A stretch of 51,726 nt of DNA from a virus. The notes beneath the pieces are model-generated. The model did no database searches. It was not told where the DNA came from and saw only the letters and a list, made by a program, of their open reading frames with translations. Below, one piece after another: positions 6,564-15,318 of the stretch (the first letter of the stretch is position 1; every line of letters begins with the position of its first letter). The position numbers were made by a program, and so were the translations under genes. The DNA is taken from positions 1 through 51,726 of IMG/VR virus record IMGVR_UViG_3300045988_076883, one strand, 5' to 3'.

Positions 6564-6794
6564 ATGCGGATCGAGGATGTGAGGACCCCTACCCTGCCGC
6601 TGGCGGATGCCTGCGAGATTTTGCGGTGCGAGGGATACCGCATGAGCGTGGACAAGCTGAAAGCGGGAATTTTTGGCGGGGTGTATCCGTTTGGTGAAGT
6701 GATCGACCGCGTGGAAGGGCTGACAAAGAACGACTGCTACACGGTTTACACAGCGTTTTTACAGAAGTGGATCGAAGAAAGGCGGGTTGGATGA
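6564..6794 (+). CDS. Hypothetical protein
   Basis: ATG at 6564 lies 9 nt after AAAGGCGG. ATGA coupling to the next gene. Confidence 0.7.
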   Translation: MRIEDVRTPTLPLADACEILRCEGYRMSVDKLKAGIFGGVYPFGEVIDRVEGLTKNDCYTVYTAFLQKWIEERRVG

Positions 6795-7123
6795 TGGAAA
6801 AGCTGCGGAAAAAGCGGATGTTTATGCAGGGCGTGAGCGCTGTGTGCAACATGGGCGGTACATGGATGGTGGTTATGACCGTATGCCAGATGGCCGCGGC
6901 GGCAGAACGCGGCACCGTGGGAGGTTTTGTGCTGGGGATGCTGGCGGCGCTGGCGTATGGGCTGTGCGCGTTGCTTTTGTGGAGTTATGGGATGGATTTG
7001 GCAGCGGCGGCGCGGAGGATGACGCGAAAGATCGCCAAAATGCAGGTGCGGGAAATGTACGCGGCCATGCAGGCCATGAAGCCGGGAGAGGTACGGAAGA
7101 TCGAGTGGAAGAAGTGCGGGTGA
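6791..7123 (+). CDS. Membrane protein (two predicted TM segments)
   Basis: Hydrophobic stretches GGTWMVVMTVCQMAAAA and GGFVLGMLAALAYGLCALLLW. Coupled starts and stops. Confidence 0.75.
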   Translation: MMEKLRKKRMFMQGVSAVCNMGGTWMVVMTVCQMAAAAERGTVGGFVLGMLAALAYGLCALLLWSYGMDLAAAARRMTRKIAKMQVREMYAAMQAMKPGEVRKIEWKKCG

Positions 7124-7461
7124 TCGGCGTGCTGGATGTGACGATTACCGCCCCGGCGGATGTGCAGGCGGAGGAGACGGACGCTTGGGATTTGGCGCAG
7201 ATGTGGGCGGAGTTCCGGGCAGAGCTTGAGATCGCGGGAGAGCAGGCGGAAGAAGTGTACAGAAACCTGCGCCGGGTGATCGGATATGCCGGGTGCTGGA
7301 ACTGGAAGCGCGAACCGTGGGTGCCGCCGGATAGGCCGGAAAAGCTGCGCGGGCTGCGGCAGTACGGCCCGGCGCAGGTGGTGACAGAGCCGCCCGGCGG
7401 GGTGCTGTACTTAAAATGCGCACGGCGTTTTAAGAAAGGCAGTAGAAGCGACCACACTTAG
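7120..7461 (+). CDS. Hypothetical protein (GTG start)
   Basis: GTGA overlap with the upstream stop. Coding-like acidic sequence. Confidence 0.65.
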   Translation: MIGVLDVTITAPADVQAEETDAWDLAQMWAEFRAELEIAGEQAEEVYRNLRRVIGYAGCWNWKREPWVPPDRPEKLRGLRQYGPAQVVTEPPGGVLYLKCARRFKKGSRSDHT

Positions 7462-7470
7462 GAGGACTGT

Positions 7471-7713
7471 ATGCAGCAATGCAGGTTTGTTTATACCATC
7501 ACGCGGGCGGACTGCCGCGCCTGTAACGGACTGGACGCCGGGTGCAGGAACTACGAGCCGAACCCGGATGAAAAGGCTTGGCGCGAAACGGACGCAGAAG
7601 CGAAGCGGCAGCTGCCGCGCAAGCTATTTCCGCCGTGTGAAGTGAACAGCCTGAAACTGCAAGATGAACGATGGAGACCGTTAGAGGGCGGAAAGGCCCG
7701 GCGGAAACCATGA
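7471..7713 (+). CDS. Hypothetical Cys-rich small protein
   Basis: AGGAGG RBS precedes the ATG at 7471. Confidence 0.75.
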   Translation: MQQCRFVYTITRADCRACNGLDAGCRNYEPNPDEKAWRETDAEAKRQLPRKLFPPCEVNSLKLQDERWRPLEGGKARRKP

Positions 7714-7886
7714 AATTACCCTGCTGAGTGCTAACAGCGGGGCGCAGAAATACTCAGAGCGGGGCGGCGGTACTGATGGCCGCTGCCCTGCTTTGTTATA
7801 GGGCGGGTGGCGCTTGCAGATGCGGGCGCAGAGAGCAGGGCCGGACCCTGCACCCGGCACAAGTTGTACAAATTTTGAAATGGGCA

Positions 7887-8132
7887 ATGTTGAGGATGGT
7901 TACGGCGACGGTGATCGCGGTATCGGTGCTGGGCGTATGCGCGGCATGGTGCTGCGGGCGGGACGCAGGATGGCGGGAAGCGACGCGGGCGGACGCACAC
8001 CGCTTGGGCGTGTACAAAGACTGGGTGTGGCACCTTGCGGAGAAATCCCGCGACTTGAACGATTTTAAGGCCCGGTATGCCGTGGCTATGACGCTGGACG
8101 AAGGAGAGGCGGAGGATGGGATGGGTATTTGA
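7887..8132 (+). CDS. Hypothetical small membrane-anchored protein
   Basis: N-terminal TM MLRMVTATVIAVSVLGVCAAW. The upstream part of the 7728 ORF looks non-coding. Start is uncertain. Confidence 0.5.
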   Translation: MLRMVTATVIAVSVLGVCAAWCCGRDAGWREATRADAHRLGVYKDWVWHLAEKSRDLNDFKARYAVAMTLDEGEAEDGMGI

Positions 8133-10158
8133 CACGCACCCGGCGGATTCACGGGTCGTGGGGCCGGTGAAGGTGGCAGGATGTGTGGTTGCGAGATACG
8201 GCACCGGGGGGGGCAATGCACCAATCGTGATACAGGAAGTGATATGCCGTGCAAGCACGCAGGCAAACGCAGAAACCGGGAAGAATGTTGCGACAACGCT
8301 GAGCCTTGACAAGGACAGAACGATCATAGCACACAAAAATGAAGCTGTGGCCCTGCAAGGGAACATTATTGACAGGGATGCAGGCATGAACGGAGCGGGC
8401 GTAGGAAAGGATGTGAGCTTTACCTTGAACACGGTGGACAGGCACGGCGTGGCCTACGATACGGGATGCCTGACGCCGGGAGAAGCGCAGGAACAGCGGT
8501 GCTACAGCGTGGACGCGCCAGCACCGACGCTGCAAAGCAGAGAGTGCGGAGGCGGACAGGGAAAATCATTTGTGCAGAGGGCGGGCGAAAATGTGCAGCC
8601 GAAATACATAGTGCGCCGCCTGATGCCGGTGGAGTGCGGCAGATTGCAAGGGTTCCCGGATGGATGGGGAGAGATCGAACAGCTGCCGCCGGACATGCCG
8701 GAGAAAACTGCTGCATTTTGGCGGCAGGTGTACGAAACAGACTGCGCGATCAAAGGCAAGAAGCCGCAGAAAAGCATACTGGAAAAGCCGGGCAAGCTGG
8801 CAGCGTGGCACAACGGGTTACATACTGACAGCGCCGAGTACAAGATGTGGGGCAACGGCATGGCGCTGCCGAACGCGCTGTTTTTTGTGCAGCGTGCCGT
8901 GGCGCGGGTTGCCATTGACACAGGAAAGGGCGCGGCAAATGTGAAGCTGGGCAGCATGTTTGACGGGTCCGGCACGATGCCGTTGTGTGCGGCGATGTGC
9001 GGTGCGCAGCCTGTTTGGGCAAGCGAGGTGGAGCCGTACCCTATTGCCGTGACGAAAACACACCTGCCGGGCATGAAGCACCTGGGGAGTGTTACCGACA
9101 TTTGCGGCGGGAACATCGAGCCGGTAGACATTATCACATTCGGCAGCCCGTGCCAGGACCTGAGCATTGCGGGAAAGCGGGCCGGACTGGACGGAAACAG
9201 GTCCGGGCTATTCCGGGAAGCGATACGCATTATTTTAGAAATGCTGGAAGCGACAGGGTGGAAATACCCGCGGTTCGTGCTGTGGGAGAATGTACCCGGG
9301 GCGCTATCATCAAACGGAGGGAAAGATTTTGAAACCGTACTCAACGAATTGCTGCGACTTACCGGGACAGATCAGTTTGTTCGACAGCGCGGAAAGTGGG
9401 GGGGCTTTGCAGGGTACGGAGCTGTGGCCTACCGACTTGTCAACGCGCAATACTGGGGAGTGCCCCAACGCAGACGCAGAGTATACGCTTGCTGCGATAC
9501 TGGCGGACGATCCGCCGACCAGATACTTTTTGAGCGTAAGAGCCATGGATGGAATTTTGAGCCGTGCATCCCGGCGGGGAAAACAGTTGCCGGAATTGCT
9601 GGTGACGGCTATTGCTGGCATGAAAGAATGGTGGCGGCAAAATCCGCTGGGGGGGGGTATGACCCCGCCTACACCATGAAGATACGGTCAGGATGCGAGG
9701 GCGGCGGCAAGGGTGCGCTGGTGCAGAATGACTTATCTGCCACGCTGGCGACGCATCAGGATCAGACAGTGTTTGCACCGGCAAGAGATAAATGCCTGCC
9801 TGTAAACATGATGCTTGCAACGAGATGCAAAGCGCTTGGCAGAGGAACAGGGCTTGGCGTTGGAGACATTGGTGAACCGCAGTACACAATAACCGCAGGG
9901 CATGAACATGCTGTGGCGTATGAGAACGGAACAGAACCGGTGGCGACGCATCAGAATCAGGCAGTGTTTGCACCGAGAGCGTTTAGCTTTGACAGTTTGG
10001 CAAGCAACAGTATGAAAAGCGCGAACCCGCACAGCGGATGCAGAGAGGTAGACACGGCGAAAACGCTGGATTGCGGAACGCCGGACCCGAATAGGAATCA
10101 AGGCGGGATTGTGATTATACAGAAGGGAAACGAACATGAAAAAAGTAATTGCGATTGA
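8116..10158 (+). CDS. DNA (cytosine-5) methyltransferase with circularly permuted motif order
   Basis: Motif IX-like RRLMPVECGRLQGFPDGW (from 8614) and motif X-like YKMWGNGMALP (from 8839) come before motif I MFDGSGT (8956), motif IV GSPCQDLS (from 9142), motif VI ENVPG (9286) and motif VIII QRRRRVY (9466). Confidence 0.85.
   Translation: MGWVFDTHPADSRVVGPVKVAGCVVARYGTGGGNAPIVIQEVICRASTQANAETGKNVATTLSLDKDRTIIAHKNEAVALQGNIIDRDAGMNGAGVGKDVSFTLNTVDRHGVAYDTGCLTPGEAQEQRCYSVDAPAPTLQSRECGGGQGKSFVQRAGENVQPKYIVRRLMPVECGRLQGFPDGWGEIEQLPPDMPEKTAAFWRQVYETDCAIKGKKPQKSILEKPGKLAAWHNGLHTDSAEYKMWGNGMALPNALFFVQRAVARVAIDTGKGAANVKLGSMFDGSGTMPLCAAMCGAQPVWASEVEPYPIAVTKTHLPGMKHLGSVTDICGGNIEPVDIITFGSPCQDLSIAGKRAGLDGNRSGLFREAIRIILEMLEATGWKYPRFVLWENVPGALSSNGGKDFETVLNELLRLTGTDQFVRQRGKWGGFAGYGAVAYRLVNAQYWGVPQRRRRVYACCDTGGRSADQILFERKSHGWNFEPCIPAGKTVAGIAGDGYCWHERMVAAKSAGGGYDPAYTMKIRSGCEGGGKGALVQNDLSATLATHQDQTVFAPARDKCLPVNMMLATRCKALGRGTGLGVGDIGEPQYTITAGHEHAVAYENGTEPVATHQNQAVFAPRAFSFDSLASNSMKSANPHSGCREVDTAKTLDCGTPDPNRNQGGIVIIQKGNEHEKSNCD
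9746..9975 (+). repeat. Two 35-nt direct repeats (2 mismatches) 195 nt apart inside the methyltransferase
   Basis: TGGCGACGCATCAG(G/A)ATCAG(A/G)CAGTGTTTGCACCG occurs at 9746-9780 and 9941-9975. It encodes ATHQ(D/N)Q(T/A)VFAP. Confidence 0.9.
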
Positions 10159-10462
10159 TTTTGATGGGACGCTGTTTGAGAACAAGTGGCCGGAAATCGG
10201 GATGCCGATTGCGCCGAACATCAACCGGGCGAAGAACGAGAGAGCCAACGGCGCGGTGCTGATTTTGTGGACCTGCCGCGAGGGCAAGGAGTTGGCGGAC
10301 GCTGTGGCCGCCTGCAAGGCCGTGGGGCTGGAATTTGACTATGTGAACGAGAACGCGGCGGAGCTGAAAGAAGCGTTTGGAACGGACCCGCGCAAGATCG
10401 CGGCAACGGAATACTGGGATGATAAAAATGTGTGCATGGGGCGCTGCAGGAAGGGGTGCTGA
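10136..10462 (+). CDS. HAD-superfamily hydrolase-like protein (possible nucleotidase)
   Basis: N-terminal IAIDFDGTLF (DxDGT motif). Confidence 0.7.
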   Translation: MKKVIAIDFDGTLFENKWPEIGMPIAPNINRAKNERANGAVLILWTCREGKELADAVAACKAVGLEFDYVNENAAELKEAFGTDPRKIAATEYWDDKNVCMGRCRKGC

Positions 10463-10465
10463 ACG

Positions 10466-10897
10466 ATGGAAGAAATCAATGTGATGCTGGACGAAGGGGC
10501 GATTATGCCAACGCGGGCGCACAGCACAGATGCCGGGCTGGATTTGTACACGCCGGAGGAATTTATACTACACGCGCTTGACGGATTCAACAAAAGCAAG
10601 GTGATAGACACGGGCGTCCATGTAGAAATCCCGAAGGGGTTTGTAGGGATGATTAAGAGCAAAAGCGGTCTGAACGTGCATAGCGGTATTGTGTGTGAGG
10701 GCGTAATTGACGCAGGGTACACAGGGAGCATACGGGTTAAGCTATACAACCACGGGGTAGTGTGCCAGTGTTTTAGGCGCGGCGACAAGATCGCGCAGCT
10801 GGTGATCCTGCCGATTGTGACGCCGACGCCGAAGCTGGTGGATAAGTTTGCAAAGACGGAGCGCGGCGACAACGGATTTGGCAGCACGGGGAGGTAA
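10466..10897 (+). CDS. dut: dUTP diphosphatase (trimeric dUTPase)
   Basis: Contains STDAGLDL, KSKSGL, GVIDAGYTG, GDKIAQLV and C-terminal RGDNGFGSTG motifs. Confidence 0.95.
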   Translation: MEEINVMLDEGAIMPTRAHSTDAGLDLYTPEEFILHALDGFNKSKVIDTGVHVEIPKGFVGMIKSKSGLNVHSGIVCEGVIDAGYTGSIRVKLYNHGVVCQCFRRGDKIAQLVILPIVTPTPKLVDKFAKTERGDNGFGSTGR

Positions 10898-10902
10898 AAG
10901 CC

Positions 10903-11514
10903 ATGAATATGCAGAAAATGGGCAAGCTGTGCAAAGAGAATATGTGCATGAAGCTGTATCGGAAGGGCTACACGCAGTACATCAGCGACGGGATCACGAT
11001 GGTGGAGATACCGCGGAACTTCCCTGCGCTGAACGACGAGACCGAAGCGGCGGCGGTGTTCGGCTGGACAGACAAGCAACTGGAAGAAATCAGCTGCGAG
11101 GTGGAAGGGCTGGATGTTATCAACGGCTTGTACGAGGTGACGGGCATCAGCATGGACGATGTGAGCGGCGAGGAAATCCCGTGCAAGAGAGCACCGATTG
11201 GGTTTACCTATGCCGGGATGCAACTGCTTGTGCTGCGGGATGAGCGCGGCGGGATCGCCGGGATCAACACAAAGCAGATGGAACCGATCATGGACGAGCT
11301 GAAAAACGGGCAGTACATGGCGTGGTACAGACGGACGATGCACAACGGAAACCCGTACTATGTGCTGAAAAGCGGGATGTACCTGCGCATTGCAGTGCTG
11401 CCGATTGTGTTTGATGATGTGTTTGCGGCGGCGCTGGACGAGATCAGGGCTGGGATGATGCTTGATGCACTAGGCAGACCGAAAAAGCAGGAGAAAAAAG
11501 AAAATGACGATTGA
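10903..11514 (+). CDS. Hypothetical protein (203 aa)
   Basis: GGGGAGG RBS. Coding-like composition. Confidence 0.8.
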   Translation: MNMQKMGKLCKENMCMKLYRKGYTQYISDGITMVEIPRNFPALNDETEAAAVFGWTDKQLEEISCEVEGLDVINGLYEVTGISMDDVSGEEIPCKRAPIGFTYAGMQLLVLRDERGGIAGINTKQMEPIMDELKNGQYMAWYRRTMHNGNPYYVLKSGMYLRIAVLPIVFDDVFAAALDEIRAGMMLDALGRPKKQEKKENDD

Positions 11515-11983
11515 GCGAGCGGCGGAAATACTGGGCGGCGCGAAGGGGCACGGAGAAGAATTTTACAAAGAGGTTGAAGAAGCGTGCAGGTGTGGCCGGG
11601 ATGCGCTGTTAAAGCGGGTGAGAAAATCGCCGTTCCCGGATGGCGACAAAAGCATTTACGGTTGCGCCTGCTGCGGGAGCGGAGAATACCTGTTCAATGA
11701 GGACGGAAGCTACAACCGCTATTGCGGAAACTGCGGGCAGGCCATTGATTGGGATGCGGAGTTTGACGACGGCGGGGACGGGATCGAGGATTATCTGCGG
11801 GATGATGCAGTGCCTACAAATTGTAGGCAGTTGCTGACGGAATGTAAGCAACTGACAGAAAGCGAGGTTGACGATGGAAAAGAGCACAGCGCAGGATATG
11901 AAAAGCCTGCTGATGAAAAATGGCATGACGAGCGGGCCAGCGGGCCGGGTCGTGGAAATCCTGGAGCAGATGGGGTATTTTGA
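11504..11983 (+). CDS. Hypothetical zinc-ribbon protein
   Basis: CACCGSG...CGNCG. The 3' end overlaps the next gene by about 110 nt, so the C-terminal extent is uncertain. Confidence 0.65.
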   Translation: MTIERAAEILGGAKGHGEEFYKEVEEACRCGRDALLKRVRKSPFPDGDKSIYGCACCGSGEYLFNEDGSYNRYCGNCGQAIDWDAEFDDGGDGIEDYLRDDAVPTNCRQLLTECKQLTESEVDDGKEHSAGYEKPADEKWHDERASGPGRGNPGADGVF

Positions 11984-12416
11984 GGTCCCGGCGAGCATGA
12001 CATTCCACGGTGCGTGGCCCGGTGGGCTGTTTGAGCACAGCTGGACCGTGGCGCAGGAGCTTGTGCACATGACAAAAACGCTGGGGCTGACATGGCAGAT
12101 GCGGCGCTCCCCTGTTCTGGTTGGAATGTTCCACGATCTGTGCAAGACCGAGGAATACGAGAAAGACGGTGACGGGTGGAAGCATTACAAGCTGAAAGGA
12201 CACGGAGAGCGCAGCGTTTCGATGGCAGAAGCGATCCTGAACGATGCGGCGGCACTGTCACTGACGGAGGAAGAAATGCTGTGCATCCGCTGGCACATGG
12301 GATTTGCAGACGACAAGGAAAACTGGAATTGTTACGGCGCGGCCATTGAGAAATACCAGAATGTGCTTTGGACGCACACGGCGGATATGGTGGCAAGCCG
12401 GGTGCTGGGGGTGTGA
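11874..12416 (+). CDS. HD-domain phosphohydrolase
   Basis: FHG...MFHDLCK gives an H...HD pattern. Size fits an HD domain. Confidence 0.75.
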   Translation: MEKSTAQDMKSLLMKNGMTSGPAGRVVEILEQMGYFEVPASMTFHGAWPGGLFEHSWTVAQELVHMTKTLGLTWQMRRSPVLVGMFHDLCKTEEYEKDGDGWKHYKLKGHGERSVSMAEAILNDAAALSLTEEEMLCIRWHMGFADDKENWNCYGAAIEKYQNVLWTHTADMVASRVLGV

Positions 12417-12419
12417 GCG

Positions 12420-12782
12420 ATGGAAAAGATTACGGTGGAGACGGAAATCTGGCCCGCGGATGTTAAGCACGCGGAAGAAATAACGGAAGAAAGCCTTGCA
12501 AAACTTGGCGAAAAGTTCATGCAGAGAATGTGGGAGCTGCCGCGCGGGAAAAAGGTCTGCGTAAGCTGCATGGAGCAGAGAGAAACGCCGCCGTCCGGTA
12601 TGCCGATGGTAATGCGGATTCTGCTGGATGTGCAGGAAGTACAGGAAGTACAGGAAATGAACATTGTACGAGAAGCTATGCTGAGGATGTCGGCAACGGA
12701 GTGCATGAAGCTGCTGTACAAGAACGAGCCGCTGGGAAAGCGAATCGTGGGCGCGGCGAAGATGATTTTTGGGAGGTGGTGA
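12420..12782 (+). CDS. Hypothetical protein
   Basis: GGGGGTG RBS. Contains a 9-bp in-frame repeat (VQEVQEVQE). Confidence 0.75.
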   Translation: MEKITVETEIWPADVKHAEEITEESLAKLGEKFMQRMWELPRGKKVCVSCMEQRETPPSGMPMVMRILLDVQEVQEVQEMNIVREAMLRMSATECMKLLYKNEPLGKRIVGAAKMIFGRW

Positions 12783-12786
12783 GCAG

Positions 12787-13071
12787 ATGGATGATGCGAG
12801 GATAAAAGCGCAGAAGGATGCGCAGGGCTGGGCCAGCGTGATGGCCGGGAACGTGTACCGACATTTTAAGGGCGGGCTGTATGTGGTGCAGGGCGTGGCC
12901 GTGCATAGCGAGACGGCGGAACTGTTGGTAATCTACACGAGCAAGGATGACCCGCGGAAGATGTGGGCAAGGCCGCTGGAAATGTTCGTGTCGTCGGTGG
13001 ACAAGAAGAAATACCCGCGTGCGAAGCAGAAAAAGCGGTTTGAAAAGGTAAAGGCGGTCAGAAATGAATAG
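12787..13071 (+). CDS. DUF1653-like protein
   Basis: [11 protein letters not shown]...LVIY...WARPLEMF pattern. GGGAGGTGG RBS precedes the ATG at 12787. Confidence 0.7.
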   Translation: MDDARIKAQKDAQGWASVMAGNVYRHFKGGLYVVQGVAVHSETAELLVIYTSKDDPRKMWARPLEMFVSSVDKKKYPRAKQKKRFEKVKAVRNE

Positions 13072-13258
13072 TTGTTACCGCTGTACCCGGCGGAAACCGG
13101 GCTGCCATGGCGCGTGCGCGGATTATAGGCGTGACTGCGAGGAAAACGAGAAACGCCGGGCCTATGAGCGGAAGTTTGCCAGCATTGACACGATGCCGAA
13201 TACGAAAACGGTTATCAACATGATTTATGAGCAGAAGAAGCGGGGCGGGAAGCAATGA
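13064..13258 (+). CDS. Hypothetical Cys-rich small protein
   Basis: Overlapping start and stop within the operon. CYRC...CHGAC. Confidence 0.65.
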   Translation: MNSCYRCTRRKPGCHGACADYRRDCEENEKRRAYERKFASIDTMPNTKTVINMIYEQKKRGGKQ

Positions 13259-13485
13259 GCAGAAAACGAAAAGAAAAGCCCATCGCGCCGGGCGATGCGG
13301 TGACGGTGCTGCGGCACTGCGCCGACGGTGCCGCACGGATGGCACGGGGCGTGGTGGAGTTTGCGGCCAGCGGCGGGCGGTTCTATGTGGTGAACGTAAA
13401 GCTGCCGCCGTGCGCGTTCCGGCATGAAACGATCCAGATGCGGGAGACGTTCTGGCCGGAGAATGTGAGCAGGGAGGTGAATTGA
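13255..13485 (+). CDS. Hypothetical protein
   Basis: ATGA coupling at 13255. Confidence 0.65.
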   Translation: MSRKRKEKPIAPGDAVTVLRHCADGAARMARGVVEFAASGGRFYVVNVKLPPCAFRHETIQMRETFWPENVSREVN

Positions 13486-13700
13486 TGAAAAGACTAAAGC
13501 TGTTGGCGGTGTTGCTGCTGGAACTGCTGGCGCTGGGCGTGGTGCTGGCGGTTATGGCGCTGGCGTGGATCGTGCATGGTGTGTACCGGGTTACGATGGC
13601 TGCCGAAAATGGCCTGTACGGACTGGAACATGCACTTGCATGGCTGGTGCGTGACCTGTGCAGCACAGCGCGGGGCTGGATGAAGTGGGCGCTGCGCTAA
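13485..13700 (+). CDS. Small membrane protein
   Basis: GGGAGGTG RBS lies 7 nt before the ATG at 13485. Hydrophobic LLAVLLLELLALGVVLAVMALAWIV. Confidence 0.7.
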   Translation: MKRLKLLAVLLLELLALGVVLAVMALAWIVHGVYRVTMAAENGLYGLEHALAWLVRDLCSTARGWMKWALR

Positions 13701-13886
13701 AGCACCAACCTTATTATATAACATAGTAATACGACCTGCCAGGCGGGTGCCGGGCAAATTTTAGCGGCCTGCGGGCCGCTGGGGGGCTTGTATACGGTTT
13801 TATCTTTTCCCCCATTCTCTATTATTTACCAGATTCCAAACGATAGAGCCTGACGGCAGGCAGGATGTGAACGGGAGGGGCAGAGC

Positions 13887-14804
13887 ATGAAAGCCAGGTA
13901 TGTGCGCGAGCAGAAAACCATCTGCGGAAAAGAGTACATGGAAGTGGATCTGCTGAACGTCTCCCCTGCTGAACACAGAGCCAGCGTGCGGAAGAAAAAA
14001 GAGTTTGCGTCGAGCCTTGCCATGCAGCGGTGCAACGAGCGTTACAGCAAGCGCAAGCTGCAATGGATGGTGGCGGAGAATTTCACAGAGCGGAAAAACC
14101 AGACCTGGCTTGTACACATGACCTATAGCGACGAATGGCTGCCCTACTACGACGAGGACGCCGAGAACAACGTAACAAACTGGCTGGACAAGATGAACCG
14201 ACGCCAGGCAAAGAAGTATGCGGCGACAATCCGGGAAAATCCTGCAAACCCCGGCGGGGTGCTGCCGAAAGTGAAGTACATAACCGTGACCGAGCACCAG
14301 CGGGAGGACAAGGACAAAGGGCTGAAAGAGGTGCGGTATCACCACCACACGATCTTAGAGTGCGATTTGAGCATTGACGAGATCAAAAGCTGCTGGGGAA
14401 CCGGGCGCGGGAAAAACTGGGAATCGCTGGGGCTTGTAAAATGCGACCGCGCCGAGTTTGACAAGGGTAGTTTGGAAGCCTATTGCGAGTACATCACCAA
14501 GAACCAGAAGCGCACACGCCGCTGGCGGCAGAGCCAGGGATTGCGCAAACCGACGCAGCCGCGCCCGAATGATACGCGGTACACACCGCGCAAGCTGGCC
14601 GAAGCGGCCACGATGTACATTGACGACCGCAAATTTTGGGAAGATCGTTACGGGATGCTGAAACTGGGAGACGGGAGCGCCCGGCAGTATGCGTTTGTGG
14701 GCGCCGAAGCACGGTACAACGAAATTACGGCAGAATGGCATGTGATTGCCAAGTTTTGGGCGGACCCGCGCAGACAGCCGAAGAAAAAGGCGGCGAGAAA
14801 ATGA
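13887..14804 (+). CDS. HUH-endonuclease-like rolling-circle Rep/relaxase-type protein
   Basis: Ordered motifs WLVHMTYS, RYHHHTILE (HUH) and AYCEYITK (Tyr motif). Preceded by a 186-nt intergenic region. Confidence 0.55.
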   Translation: MKARYVREQKTICGKEYMEVDLLNVSPAEHRASVRKKKEFASSLAMQRCNERYSKRKLQWMVAENFTERKNQTWLVHMTYSDEWLPYYDEDAENNVTNWLDKMNRRQAKKYAATIRENPANPGGVLPKVKYITVTEHQREDKDKGLKEVRYHHHTILECDLSIDEIKSCWGTGRGKNWESLGLVKCDRAEFDKGSLEAYCEYITKNQKRTRRWRQSQGLRKPTQPRPNDTRYTPRKLAEAATMYIDDRKFWEDRYGMLKLGDGSARQYAFVGAEARYNEITAEWHVIAKFWADPRRQPKKKAARK

Positions 14805-15316
14805 GTTTCCGCATGGAGTTAGAGGATTTACCGCCGCGGTATCGTGCCCAGGCGGAAATGCAGATTGCGCAGCGGAAAAGTGAACGATGCTTGCAAAAAG
14901 GCACCAAAAGAGGGCAAAATTGCGAACGAAACGAACAAAAACGGGAAATTCAAGTAAAAAACGGCCGTTTTTGCGAGCAAAGCACAAAGCAGATGCCGGA
15001 GAGCGAGAAGCGGTATTACCGGGAAGTGATATTGCCGAAGGTGGCGTGCGGGCAGATTGTGAAGGTGCAGGAGCAGGTCGTGTTCGACCTGCTGCCGGAA
15101 AAGGCGTATTGCGGGCTGAAACTGCCGAAAGCACGGTACAAGCCGGACTTTGTGCTGACCTATGCAGACGGAACGGTGGAGATCGTGGAGGTTAAGTCGA
15201 AATTCACCCGGCGGATGCAGCGAGACTACATTTATCGGCGGCGGTTGTTTATAGACCTGGTGGCAGAGCCGCGCGGGTGGAAATTTACAGAATGGTTTGC
15301 TGACAAGGAGGACTGA
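14801..15316 (+). CDS. PD-(D/E)XK nuclease-like protein (DUF1064 type, possible junction resolvase)
   Basis: YKPDFVLTYADGTVEIVEVKS core. ATGA coupling to the Rep-like gene. Confidence 0.6.
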   Translation: MSFRMELEDLPPRYRAQAEMQIAQRKSERCLQKGTKRGQNCERNEQKREIQVKNGRFCEQSTKQMPESEKRYYREVILPKVACGQIVKVQEQVVFDLLPEKAYCGLKLPKARYKPDFVLTYADGTVEIVEVKSKFTRRMQRDYIYRRRLFIDLVAEPRGWKFTEWFADKED

Positions 15317-15318
15317 CA

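Noticed and set aside
6258-6655. Minus-strand ORFs of 90 and 110 aa, and the plus ORF 6397-6582, inside the non-coding gap
   Set aside because: Their products are Arg/Pro/Gly-rich, they have no RBS, and they overlap one another. They are treated as non-coding.
12634-12657. 9-bp tandem repeat CAGGAAGTA x2.6
   Set aside because: It is in frame within a CDS and encodes VQEVQEVQE. It is too short to be more than a local slippage product.
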